A stretch of 64,000 bases of DNA, taken from IMG/VR virus record IMGVR_UViG_3300030108_006260, positions 1 to 64,000 of that record. One strand, given 5' to 3'. Every line of letters begins with the position of its first letter. Within the stretch, counting starts at the first letter, position 1. A program made the position numbers and the translations under genes. Below the pieces are notes generated by a model. The model worked only from the letters and a program-made list of their open reading frames with translations. It searched no databases and had not been told where the DNA came from. Shown one piece after another: positions 37,389 through 46,057 of the stretch.

Positions 37389-37757
37389 TTACTCCTCCGA
37401 CCCCTTGAGCCACGGCACATCTGTCAGACGTGACAGGAAGTTAAAAAGAGATTTGAAGCTACTCTCTGTCTGGTTTACGGGATCTTCATCCTCGTACCTA
37501 TCCAAGTAAAGAGAGTCGGCTATTTCGTCTACAGTATCGTACAGGCTTAGCTGTTCGGTACCCATGAGACGTAGGTCTGGAGATGTCCTCCGGACCTTAT
37601 TAGAAAACTTTCTAGCTTTTCGAGCCAGGCGCTTTCGGTCGCGCCCGTGTCGTTCGAATTCTGCATATAACTGCCTCGCTTCCTTTTCTATTTTCAGTGA
37701 CTCTTTCATCCGCTTTAGGCGAGATGGCTTTAGCCGTGACGGCTCTAGAGTTCGCAT
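37389..37757 (-). CDS. hypothetical protein
   Basis: ORF on the coding strand. Confidence 0.6.
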   Translation of the reverse strand: MRTLEPSRLKPSRLKRMKESLKIEKEARQLYAEFERHGRDRKRLARKARKFSNKVRRTSPDLRLMGTEQLSLYDTVDEIADSLYLDRYEDEDPVNQTESSFKSLFNFLSRLTDVPWLKGSEE

Positions 37758-37787
37758 AAAATTAGATAAGAAGGGGCGAGAGAATTC

Positions 37788-38420
37788 TCAAGGGGAAGGG
37801 AGAAAATACCACTTTTCAGCGGAAGGAATGTCTAGTTTTTGGGTAGAAAGGACAACATAGTCATGCATTAAAGGAGGAAGCTGACTCAGGTGCTCAGAGG
37901 TAAACCGGTAAACACGTGCTCTTTTTTCGTACTGAGGAGTTATCCACAGATATTCCACGTCAATTCCTGAATCAAGCAAGTGACGGTCTATCTTCCAGTA
38001 AGCAGAAGCATGCGTCTCTTCGACGTACACGTAACGTACTTTTGATGTGTCAGAGCCCCGTGGAACAGAAGGAAGCCCCATGTCCCTAGCTTCTCTCTCA
38101 ACAATAGAAAGAGCGGCCTCCAAGGGGAGATCAAAAGAGTTGTGACAAGTTCGTGCCAGGGTAAGAGCACACTGTAGAGAGCAGGCGGTCTTGCCATCCG
38201 TGTATATCGATGATTGCATACACACGGGACAGAGAACCTTTTCTGCTCCTTTGCTGGTCATCCTGATGACCTGAGCTTTCTTCTTATAAAACACCCCGTA
38301 GTGTCGATGATTCGCACCAACATACGTAAGGGTAAAGTAATAGGTCTGGGAAGAATTCTCATCTGTATTTCTTGCTAATATATAAACAGGAAAACAAGTC
38401 GATCTATTAAATCGATTCAC
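37788..38420 (-). CDS. hypothetical protein with internal zinc finger
   Basis: CPVC...CS..C. Confidence 0.6.
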   Translation of the reverse strand: MNRFNRSTCFPVYILARNTDENSSQTYYFTLTYVGANHRHYGVFYKKKAQVIRMTSKGAEKVLCPVCMQSSIYTDGKTACSLQCALTLARTCHNSFDLPLEAALSIVEREARDMGLPSVPRGSDTSKVRYVYVEETHASAYWKIDRHLLDSGIDVEYLWITPQYEKRARVYRFTSEHLSQLPPLMHDYVVLSTQKLDIPSAEKWYFLPSP

Positions 38421-38425
38421 TTACT

Positions 38426-38911
38426 CTAAAGCAAGTGAATCGCGTTCAATACGCAACTGTGCAGGGTACGAAAAGGAACCTCAGGTCTCCGTGTCTTCTT
38501 GAATAACCAGTCTAGATATCCTACGTTGGGAGTGTTAAAAGGACGACCGTAAACTACCTTTTCTTTGTCCCTGAGAAAATACCCGAACTCCACATTAGTA
38601 GTGAATCCAGGAAGATCCTTGAGATCTCTAGGAACCCAGAATAGAAGAACATCGCAAGCATTAATAGCTAAGTGTTCCCATTGGGCGTCAGAGTCTCCAT
38701 GGAATACTCCGTCGCGCGGCTCTGGAATAATGAGAGACACATCATAGGTTTCGTCAAGCAGACTCGATTCTTCCCTGAAGGAATCTTCAGCCGATACTCT
38801 CCACGAGGTACTACCATCACGAGGCGTAGGTCCTGCGAGAAACACTAACTTCCTCTGGTACGGTATAGGCTCTAAGTTGTATACACTGCCCGCTAGAGAG
38901 AACTTCTCCAT
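38426..38911 (-). CDS. nucleoside 2-deoxyribosyltransferase-like protein
   Basis: VFLAGPTPR...WE...CDVLLFWVPRD...LPGFTTNVEFG. Confidence 0.85.
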   Translation of the reverse strand: MEKFSLAGSVYNLEPIPYQRKLVFLAGPTPRDGSTSWRVSAEDSFREESSLLDETYDVSLIIPEPRDGVFHGDSDAQWEHLAINACDVLLFWVPRDLKDLPGFTTNVEFGYFLRDKEKVVYGRPFNTPNVGYLDWLFKKTRRPEVPFRTLHSCVLNAIHLL

Positions 38912-39369
38912 CAGAAGAAGCCTCCTCCTGGCTTAGCGATCTTAGGTCCGCCGAGATCGATAAGAGCTACGATGTGGTGTGCACGAGAGTCTCCAATAAC
39001 ACCTTCGTGTACCCGCTCTTCGTTGTTAAGGTCCCGCAAGAAAAACGTACGACGTGCACGGCTGATGTCCGCCTCGTTAGGCTTCTTGATCTTACCGTCC
39101 TTTTCTCTGCACACCGTTACGTGGTAGCTGACCTTCTTCTTCTCGCTGTTGCCTTTGACCCTCACAGGGTTAATAGCAACCAGAACGATTAGGCTACTGC
39201 CCTTCTCTCTGTACTTATTGACGCTTGCTCCCTCGTGGTCCTTGACACCTTCAAAGATCCAGTCGTTAGAGATACTCTCAAGAGGAGCCACGCCGGTAAG
39301 TGCCTGGGCTACCCAGTCTCCGTCGTCTTCCGTGGGAGCAATCGTTTCAGTTGAAAATAAGTCAGTCAT
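38911..39369 (-). CDS. hypothetical protein
   Basis: ORF on the coding strand. Confidence 0.65.
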   Translation of the reverse strand: MTDLFSTETIAPTEDDGDWVAQALTGVAPLESISNDWIFEGVKDHEGASVNKYREKGSSLIVLVAINPVRVKGNSEKKKVSYHVTVCREKDGKIKKPNEADISRARRTFFLRDLNNEERVHEGVIGDSRAHHIVALIDLGGPKIAKPGGGFF

Positions 39370-39993
39370 TTAATCTCTCTTCATTGTAAGGGCCCAGCCA
39401 GAAAGTATTAGGTCAGACCGTAGTTTGGATACATCTTCATCTCGTATCTCTGGATTGGACAAAAGGTCAACACCCCTACTAAAGACGGAGAAGCCTTCGG
39501 TACTAAGGGTATTCGCATCAGTGTACAGTGCTGCATCCACAAGGTACCCTGCTGCGTACGCCTCCAACTTTCTCCCGTCTTTACGTGCATTATCCCGTAC
39601 GATACGAAGACCCGCAGCAGTCACTTCTAGGGTCTTCTTGATTGTGTCACTGAAAAATCCTTCAGTACTTTCGGCGGGCGAAATAGAGGGTGGATCAGAT
39701 TCTACAGAAACTTGAGATACATTGTCAAATGACATAACAACATAGCCATCAGGTAATCCCACATCATAACCTTTAGCAATGTAAGTGATCTCGGCCGTAA
39801 GGGACCGGCCAGTAAGGGGATCAACTCTAAGGGGGTTGTATTCATGTATCTCAAGAATGTCACGCATCTTAAAGTCCTTGTTGTGTTCACGGGCTTCAAC
39901 ATGCCTTTTTCCTGAAACAATAGAGTTAAACTCCCTAGGGACAACCTCTATCACATGGGTGTCTGGTTCATCGTTCATCTTGATACTCATCAA
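39370..39993 (-). CDS. ASCH/PUA-like (DUF3850-type) domain protein with C-terminal extension
   Basis: F.SIVSGKRHVEAR..N.DF...DIL.I.EY...TGR...AEITYI...GL..GYVVMS. Confidence 0.75.
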   Translation of the reverse strand: MMSIKMNDEPDTHVIEVVPREFNSIVSGKRHVEAREHNKDFKMRDILEIHEYNPLRVDPLTGRSLTAEITYIAKGYDVGLPDGYVVMSFDNVSQVSVESDPPSISPAESTEGFFSDTIKKTLEVTAAGLRIVRDNARKDGRKLEAYAAGYLVDAALYTDANTLSTEGFSVFSRGVDLLSNPEIRDEDVSKLRSDLILSGWALTMKRD

Positions 39994-40189
39994 AAAGTTG
40001 CTTGAACTTAGTGGGAACTAGAGGAGGCGTAACACCATGAGACACAAAGATAGAAGCAATAAACTGGTCCATAGCTTCTGCTTTTGCTTCAGGGTCCTGA
40101 GCGTCATCTAAAGAGAGGGCAAGGTCAACTCCTGCTCGAATCACAGATTTGACTTCCTCGGATTTGATTTTTCTCTGCTTATTCGTCAT
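39968..40189 (-). CDS. small hypothetical protein
   Basis: ORF on the coding strand. Confidence 0.6.
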   Translation of the reverse strand: MTNKQRKIKSEEVKSVIRAGVDLALSLDDAQDPEAKAEAMDQFIASIFVSHGVTPPLVPTKFKQLFDEYQDER

Positions 40190-40523
40190 TGGACACCAAT
40201 GTAGTGGATCCTATTATATCCATAAGATCTTCATAGGCAAGAGCTTTAAGTAGTACCGCTCTGAGCTGCATACTAGTCATGACCCTCCCGTAGGAGTCAG
40301 GTCCATCAAAGTCCACACGTAGTGTCCAGGTGGATTCATCACAATCCACTTGGACCTGTTGTGAAACATAGAACTCGGAGGGATGTCGAATATCAACCTC
40401 CTTAATCATATCCAGTATCTGTAGCTTTGTTACTTCGACTGTCATGTTACGGCTTTCTACCGTTGCCCTACAAAAGTCCGTGCGGGATAGACTCTCGGTA
40501 TCCTGCGGCTGTAATCTGTACAA
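40179..40523 (-). CDS. hypothetical protein
   Basis: ORF on the coding strand. Confidence 0.55.
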   Translation of the reverse strand: MYRLQPQDTESLSRTDFCRATVESRNMTVEVTKLQILDMIKEVDIRHPSEFYVSQQVQVDCDESTWTLRVDFDGPDSYGRVMTSMQLRAVLLKALAYEDLMDIIGSTTLVSNDE

Positions 40524-41496
40524 ACTCTGCTTTGACTTGGAACTCTTCTAGGTTGGAGGCACCCGCATATGTCATACCAGATCGAATACCCTCGTGAAGA
40601 CCCTGTACTATTTTTTGTACGGGTCCTTTATAAGGAACAAGACGTTCTGCTCCCTCGATGTACTCTGCCTTTCCGAAGAACTTCTTCTTAGCGCCATGAC
40701 TGGCCGAGCCTGCGTACATCTTATAGAGTGCGTCCCCGTTCTTTACAACATCTCCTGGGGCCTCGTCTGTTCCTGACAGAAGGGATCCGAGCATCACAGC
40801 GTCGGCGCCGGCAGCGAGACTCTTGCAGATGTCTCCGCTATTCTTTAATCCACCGTCTGCAATTAGAGACATGGGGGACCCGTATTTTTCTAGTGCAGCG
40901 GAGATGCGCCACACAGACTCTAATGTAGGAAGTCCAAATCCTGTCTTTACTCTCGTGCTACACAAAGACCCGCCACCGACTCCTGCCTTAAGTGCAACAC
41001 GACTCTGATCTTCCATGCACAATCCCATGATAAATGATCTTGCTGCATCCTCCGTTGCGATGTTTCCTATGATCAAAGGAACATCAAACTCTTCCAGAAA
41101 CTGCCTGGAAACTTCAACCACCCTATCTTGATCGCCGTGAGCTACGTCAACACAGATAATGTGTGCACCCCCGTCTATACATGCAGCAGCTCTTTCTTTC
41201 CAGTCGTCGCCAATTCCAATTGCTGCTCCAACGTACCCTTCTGACTTTTGTACCATGGATGCTTGCTTCTCGATAGAGCACATACGGTGAATGATTCCTA
41301 GGGCTCCTTCACTTGACAGTGCCGTGGCCATTTCATGACCGCATACGGAAGGCATGTTTGCTCCTAAAATTGGACTCTCTAGACTAAGTCCTCCTACTTG
41401 GGTAGCCAGTGACACCTCAGACCTGCTACGAACTGGGTTATACTTGGGCACAAGAAGAACATCATCAAACGAAAGAACTTTATCTAGTTTCATCAA
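40468..41496 (-). CDS. IMP dehydrogenase / GMP reductase family enzyme lacking CBS domains
   Basis: LSFDDVLLVP, DVAHG, GVGGGSLCSTR (catalytic Cys), IADGG, GADAVMLGSLL, YAGSAS, EG. Confidence 0.92.
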   Translation of the reverse strand: MMKLDKVLSFDDVLLVPKYNPVRSRSEVSLATQVGGLSLESPILGANMPSVCGHEMATALSSEGALGIIHRMCSIEKQASMVQKSEGYVGAAIGIGDDWKERAAACIDGGAHIICVDVAHGDQDRVVEVSRQFLEEFDVPLIIGNIATEDAARSFIMGLCMEDQSRVALKAGVGGGSLCSTRVKTGFGLPTLESVWRISAALEKYGSPMSLIADGGLKNSGDICKSLAAGADAVMLGSLLSGTDEAPGDVVKNGDALYKMYAGSASHGAKKKFFGKAEYIEGAERLVPYKGPVQKIVQGLHEGIRSGMTYAGASNLEEFQVKAEFVQITAAGYRESIPHGLL

Positions 41497-41503
41497 TATT
41501 TCC

Positions 41504-41947
41504 TTAGACTTTCTGAGCCATCTCTCGACTCAATCGGTCTACTTTGTTATTCAAGAATGCGGACACGCCCTGTTTGCTCGAACGATGGCCTTTTACATGA
41601 GTGAAGTAGGCACGGCATTTATACTTGTAGAGCATGCGCCTGAATTTGTTTTGTATAACCAGCCAATCTTTTCGACGATAAATAGTATCCGGCTGCCATT
41701 CTAGATAGTGAATAGCAGTGTGGCAGTCCGTGAATACCCCTACTCCTTCTACGTTATCGAATAGACGAACAGCACGGTACACGCCTGCTATGATTGCAGA
41801 CATCTCCGCTGTTGCTGAACAGTTGACCCAAGAGGGACATTCTCCCGCCTTGTGGAAAGATCCTTGGTCACATTTTAGATGGTACGCCCACCCTCCCGCA
41901 AACTTTTCGTCATACCAGGAAGCATCAGTGTAGCAAGTTACCCACAC
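41504..41947 (-). CDS. second ribonuclease HI-like protein
   Basis: YTDAS, AEMSA, FTDC, HVKGH, NNKVD. Confidence 0.85.
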   Translation of the reverse strand: MWVTCYTDASWYDEKFAGGWAYHLKCDQGSFHKAGECPSWVNCSATAEMSAIIAGVYRAVRLFDNVEGVGVFTDCHTAIHYLEWQPDTIYRRKDWLVIQNKFRRMLYKYKCRAYFTHVKGHRSSKQGVSAFLNNKVDRLSREMAQKV

Positions 41948-41949
41948 GG

Positions 41950-42315
41950 TCAGGTCTCTTCTTTAAGAAACTCACGACTCAGGTCAATAATTTCAAAGTC
42001 TATTTTCTCTTCTCCAGATCCGGTTGCTTTGCCAACAAAACGAGAGGGTACAACAAGATTCCTACCTGGCGTAATTGCGGATTGGTAGTGGATCCAGGAG
42101 ATGTAGTCATCCTCTTCTTCTAATAGCTCTGTTCGGGCGCAGTATAGTAGCTTGGCTATTTCCTCTCTGCTATCGGAGGGGACAGACGTGATGGAAAGGA
42201 CAGTGTCTACGTACCTCACAGCCCGGTCACTGCTGATGTTAGAAGCAGTGATTGCTCCCATGATCCTAAAGGATATGTTGATTTCCTCGTTTACGTCAAG
42301 CATGCTATTTTCCAC
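41950..42315 (-). CDS. hypothetical protein
   Basis: ORF on the coding strand. Confidence 0.6.
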   Translation of the reverse strand: MENSMLDVNEEINISFRIMGAITASNISSDRAVRYVDTVLSITSVPSDSREEIAKLLYCARTELLEEEDDYISWIHYQSAITPGRNLVVPSRFVGKATGSGEEKIDFEIIDLSREFLKEET

Positions 42316-42877
42316 TTAGTTCCTGTTCAATCTTAGCCTGAGAGAATCTGGGCTCCGCGACTCCGGTTCCGTATGTCCAGCGTATGCCGTTCACTTCTCG
42401 GGTACCATAGGATCCCACCTCAATACCTGCCACTACTAGATCCTGTCCCTCGTGAGTATGATAGACTTTAGGGTCAACTCCTTCACTGATGAAGAACTCC
42501 ATTGCGTCGTACATCAAGTCTTCTAGGGTTCCTTCTCCAGGTATGTACAGCTCTACTTTCATGAACGTGGGGCTGTGTAGAGCGTCGTCTGGCATGTTGT
42601 CTCGGAAGCAAGGAGAGCAGGCCACATATTTAGTTCCAGGAGTCAGAACACCAGAAGAAGAAGACATAGACAAAAGAGACTGCTCTGCTGATCCTACTAG
42701 GTCTCCGAGACCTGTTTTAAACCGGTGAGTTCCTGTGTAGGTGAACTGTACAAATCGAGGATCTACGTACCAGGGAACCTCTACATATATGTACCCCAGT
42801 GACTTGTAAAAGTCCACAGCTCTTCCCAAACGTGACCAGTCAATGACACTCCGTTTGTATGTTCGAGTGTCGTTCAT
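42305..42877 (-). CDS. stand-alone class-II aminoacyl-tRNA-synthetase-like catalytic core
   Basis: Motif 1 YIYVEVPW, LVGSAEQ, motif 2 PCFRD...HSPTFMKVELY, IEVGSYG, motif 3 GTGVAEPRF. Confidence 0.75.
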   Translation of the reverse strand: MNDTRTYKRSVIDWSRLGRAVDFYKSLGYIYVEVPWYVDPRFVQFTYTGTHRFKTGLGDLVGSAEQSLLSMSSSSGVLTPGTKYVACSPCFRDNMPDDALHSPTFMKVELYIPGEGTLEDLMYDAMEFFISEGVDPKVYHTHEGQDLVVAGIEVGSYGTREVNGIRWTYGTGVAEPRFSQAKIEQELSGK

Positions 42878-42878
42878 C

Positions 42879-43157
42879 TTATTTCCTAGGTACTCTGTGA
42901 CCTAGTTCGAAAGAAGCGGAAGTTCTATCGTGCATGAGCTTCAAGTCTTCCATAGATATATCCGGGTGGTGCTTCGCCAAGTACCCCTCTATTGCTCCAT
43001 AAAGGTCGGACAGTTCCGTAAGGAGCATGATGCTAACTCCTTGCTCGTATGCATCTTTAGCCTCTAAGAATTCCTCTTCAATCTTAGAGAACTCTTGCCA
43101 TGTTCCCCTAGGTATTTCCCTAGAGTGGTACCCATGTGAAGGAGTATCTTCTGGCAT
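42879..43157 (-). CDS. small MazG-like (all-alpha NTP pyrophosphatase) protein
   Basis: SKIEEEFLEA...ELSDLYGAI. Confidence 0.6.
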   Translation of the reverse strand: MPEDTPSHGYHSREIPRGTWQEFSKIEEEFLEAKDAYEQGVSIMLLTELSDLYGAIEGYLAKHHPDISMEDLKLMHDRTSASFELGHRVPRK

Positions 43158-43384
43158 TAGTATACTCTGCCAAGGTCTCGTAGGTCATCATCTGGTTGGT
43201 CACCTGGGTCCCAGCCTTTCTTTCTTGCTATCCACATGCTGCACAACAGTGTAGTGCCCTCTAGCTTGGCGTGGGACTTTGGGAACCAGGCTTCTCCTAG
43301 TACTTCATGCTTCAAGTAAAGAGCCGCTTCCGTTTCGTTTAAAAGAGTTACGTCAGGAACCCTGTACCCCAATACGACAGTCAT
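43157..43384 (-). CDS. small hypothetical protein
   Basis: ORF coupled to neighbours. Confidence 0.55.
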   Translation of the reverse strand: MTVVLGYRVPDVTLLNETEAALYLKHEVLGEAWFPKSHAKLEGTTLLCSMWIARKKGWDPGDQPDDDLRDLGRVY

Positions 43385-43806
43385 AGAACCAAGTCCCTTT
43401 CCTTCTCTTTTTCCGCAGCTATTCGATCCTTTAGAAAAAGTACAAGCTGAGATTTCTTCTGTCTCAGGTCAACATGGGATGTTTCTGTGATTGGGTACTC
43501 AGACAAAAAGTCCCGCGTAACTTCCTCGACCATCCTTACTAGGGACCGATCTTTCATGAACTTATCACACACAAGGCCAAGGTCTGAGGCATAGGTAGCG
43601 TGAAGCTCCATACTCTTCTTCATGGACGAGTATGCCTCCTCTTGTCTCTTCTGTAGAACACGGATCTCTAATACGCTATGCGTTACCATGTCCAGAGCTA
43701 TTTTCAGGATGGAAGAAGAATACTTCTCTTTCTCCTCTTCCGAAACGCTCTCGTAGGAAAGAAGCAAGGAGGCCAGAAGTGGATTTGCGATATCGTTACT
43801 GCTCAT
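43381..43806 (-). CDS. hypothetical helical protein
   Basis: ATGA coupling. Confidence 0.6.
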   Translation of the reverse strand: MSSNDIANPLLASLLLSYESVSEEEKEKYSSSILKIALDMVTHSVLEIRVLQKRQEEAYSSMKKSMELHATYASDLGLVCDKFMKDRSLVRMVEEVTRDFLSEYPITETSHVDLRQKKSQLVLFLKDRIAAEKEKERDLVL

Positions 43807-44162
43807 TTTATTCTCAGGTCCTCTGGGGTCGTGCTGATGGGAAAGTTATACACGCTTTTTCCCTTATACACAAATCTGTCCCTGAGTCGTGATAGGGTTA
43901 CTTCTTCTACTGCCCTGTACGCAGTAGATACAATTTCTTCCTCGGTGGTATGCCTACTGAGTACCCAGGAACGACCTAGCCGAGGAGATGGAAGTGTATA
44001 AGGGTCATCTATGTCTATGTCATCGTACCCGAATCGGAGAAACATGAACTCTTCCTTTTCACGGAGAAGAAACAATGGATTCCTGTACATTTCTCTAATA
44101 CGAATGTGATCAAGTACATCCCTCACTGCGTTTAGTGAGTATGCCTTTTTAGGTTGTGGCAT
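43803..44162 (-). CDS. hypothetical protein
   Basis: ATGA coupling. Confidence 0.6.
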   Translation of the reverse strand: MPQPKKAYSLNAVRDVLDHIRIREMYRNPLFLLREKEEFMFLRFGYDDIDIDDPYTLPSPRLGRSWVLSRHTTEEEIVSTAYRAVEEVTLSRLRDRFVYKGKSVYNFPISTTPEDLRIK

Positions 44163-44164
44163 GA

Positions 44165-44485
44165 CTAATCCCTCTCTACTACTACATGGTAAGGATAGAT
44201 CTCGTGGCCCTCGTCATCCCTGAACTCTGTATCATCCGGGGTTCCCATTATATCGCAGATCTTCTCCCCTCCCATGGTATAGGCCCGGAGGCACCTTACT
44301 CCGAGAGGTTCCAGGTCACGAACAGCCTTCCTAACTGCTTCTAGCTCGGAGTGAGCACTTCTGTCGAAGTCAATCCACCAACGGTCTCCTACGTTACCTG
44401 CGAGAGCATGAGGATCTATCAGCCACAACTCTTGTACAGATTTATGACTGAACTCAATAAGCTCTATTCGAAACTGGTAGTTCAT
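44165..44485 (-). CDS. hypothetical protein
   Basis: ORF on the coding strand. Confidence 0.6.
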   Translation of the reverse strand: MNYQFRIELIEFSHKSVQELWLIDPHALAGNVGDRWWIDFDRSAHSELEAVRKAVRDLEPLGVRCLRAYTMGGEKICDIMGTPDDTEFRDDEGHEIYPYHVVVERD

Positions 44486-44916
44486 TCGCCTTCTTCGATT
44501 TCGTTAGTAAGTGCATACCTCACTAGGTCGTCTGTATTGAAAAAGGACGACTTATTTAGAGACACCGCTTCTGACTGAGTAAATCCTAGACGACTCTCCC
44601 GCATAATGGTGTGGATTACTAAAACGTCTTGGCCCCTTCCTCTGAACTTGCGAAGAAAATCAAGCAAGAATAGATTCATAGCTCCCGTTTTGTTTCCATA
44701 ACAGTAGAAGTAAACAGTTGTTCCTGCATACTGGTCTACGGAGCACTCCCAATTCCAGGGTCCCCACCCTGCAAACATACCCCTGATTCTGTCGATTTCC
44801 AAAGGATTAGCACCGTCACTAAACAGGCTGTATTTCAAGGCTGCATGTCGTTCCAAGAGCCAGGACACTTCTTCGGTGGTCTCACAATTGACGGTAGTAT
44901 GCGTGTAGTTCTGCAC
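44482..44916 (-). CDS. hypothetical protein
   Basis: ORF on the coding strand. Confidence 0.6.
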   Translation of the reverse strand: MQNYTHTTVNCETTEEVSWLLERHAALKYSLFSDGANPLEIDRIRGMFAGWGPWNWECSVDQYAGTTVYFYCYGNKTGAMNLFLLDFLRKFRGRGQDVLVIHTIMRESRLGFTQSEAVSLNKSSFFNTDDLVRYALTNEIEEGE

Positions 44917-45353
44917 TAGTCTTTACATCCTTCCCTAAGGAAGCCCTCGGTGTCCACGAAAAACATTCTGCACTTGGACATGTATACTGAGTTGTAAGGC
45001 TCCCCTTCTAAGTAGACAGGGTGCTCTACCACAAACTGTTTCGTATGTATCCTAACGTGGTCATCGGTTGCTGACCGACTACCCACCACTTTACAGATCT
45101 CACTGTACACATCATTCCAAGGCCGCCCTACGTTTTTCTCCAGAAATCGGTACAAAGGAGAAAATAAATCGTCAGGGTACTTGTAATCCCCCCGTGTAAC
45201 ATGGGGCCTGCGCATACTCTGGCGCAAAGGGAGATCCTCCCAGGATACAGGATTTTTAGACTCTCTTCTGGACTTTCGGTTTCCAGCATTTGACCATCGT
45301 GCACCGTGCACACGTGGACGTTCACACAACTTCTTTGCGATATCTTTACGCAT
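44916..45353 (-). CDS. basic hypothetical protein, paralog of 18405-19145
   Basis: Shared LCERPR and KNVGRPW blocks. Confidence 0.75.
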   Translation of the reverse strand: MRKDIAKKLCERPRVHGARWSNAGNRKSRRESKNPVSWEDLPLRQSMRRPHVTRGDYKYPDDLFSPLYRFLEKNVGRPWNDVYSEICKVVGSRSATDDHVRIHTKQFVVEHPVYLEGEPYNSVYMSKCRMFFVDTEGFLREGCKD

Positions 45354-45354
45354 A

Positions 45355-45411
45355 GCATCTCCAGGGGTTCTGGGGCCGTCTATTCGGCCCTAGATAGTCA
45401 TGTGGAGATGC
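45355..45411 (-). promoter_or_regulatory. structured 5' leader sequestering the SD of the 44916-45353 gene
   Basis: GCATCTCCA/TGGAGATGC 9-bp stem containing GGAG, enclosing a GGGCCG-AATAGA-CGGCCC hairpin. Confidence 0.65.
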
Positions 45412-45451
45412 ATTGTTGTGGATATCCTTTCTGATAATAGATAATAGAATT

Positions 45452-45485
45452 AGAAACGGGGAAGCAGTCTCGCTTCCCCGTTTCT
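45452..45485 (-). terminator. intrinsic terminator closing the tRNA/ncRNA array
   Basis: 14-bp perfect stem agaaacggggaagc / gcttccccgtttct immediately after the last CCA. Confidence 0.75.
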
Positions 45486-45598
45486 GGACCCCTGCGCACG
45501 ATTCGAACGTGCAGCTCCCAGTAGATCAGTCTGGGCTCAGAACACTCAAAATACGCGCGTATCTATTGTGTTCCCTGTTTCCGTTACACCAGCAGGAG
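45485..45598 (-). ncRNA. tRNA-like RNA with expanded anticodon arm
   Basis: CTCCTGC/GCAGGGG acceptor + T + CCA; GCACG-TTCGAAT-CGTGC T arm; GAACAC/GTGTTC stem enclosing 22 nt including palindrome ATACGCGCGTAT; CCCAG/CTGGG variable arm. Confidence 0.75.
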
Positions 45599-45613
45599 AT
45601 TCTTTGTATTTGG

Positions 45614-45790
45614 TCAGAACATAGTCGGCTTTTTATTTCTAGCCTCATCTAGTTCTGTGGACCCCGAGCTGTCTGTGTACTCGATGATACTTCTATGTAC
45701 CTTTTCGTACCTAACGATCTTGATAAGTATATTGATACATACGGTACCAACAATACTTGCTAGTGTGACTTCAATGAGCCATTCGAGCAT
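45614..45790 (-). CDS. small membrane protein (58 aa) inside the RNA array
   Basis: MLEWLIEVTLASIVGTVCINILIKIVRYEK... read by hand. Confidence 0.55.
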   Translation of the reverse strand: MLEWLIEVTLASIVGTVCINILIKIVRYEKVHRSIIEYTDSSGSTELDEARNKKPTMF

Positions 45791-45820
45791 TATTTTTATA
45801 CCTTCAAAACCGAATCAAAT

Positions 45821-45894
45821 TGGTAGCGGAACCGGGATTCGAACCCGGAACCCAAGGTTATGAGCCTTGTGAGATGCCCTTTCTCTATTCCGCA
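45821..45894 (-). tRNA. tRNA-Met(CAT), initiator-like
   Basis: T1:T72 mismatch, CAAGG-CTCATAA-CCTTG anticodon arm, encoded ACCA. Confidence 0.88.
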
Positions 45895-45980
45895 TAAGTT
45901 ACTAGTCCCGAGGGTTTTGTTCCACACGCGCCTAGCAAGCGTGTACTATAGGCTTTAGGAACTCTTTGATAGTGCCCAGG

Positions 45981-46052
45981 AGCGAGAGACCGGGGTCGAA
46001 CCGGCAACGTCTAGCTTGGAAGGCTAGCATTCTGCCATTGAATTACTCTCGC
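45981..46052 (-). tRNA. tRNA-Gly(TCC)
   Basis: GCGAGAG/CTCTCGC acceptor, U73, CTAGC-CTTCCAA-GCTAG anticodon arm. Confidence 0.92.
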
Positions 46053-46057
46053 AAAAA

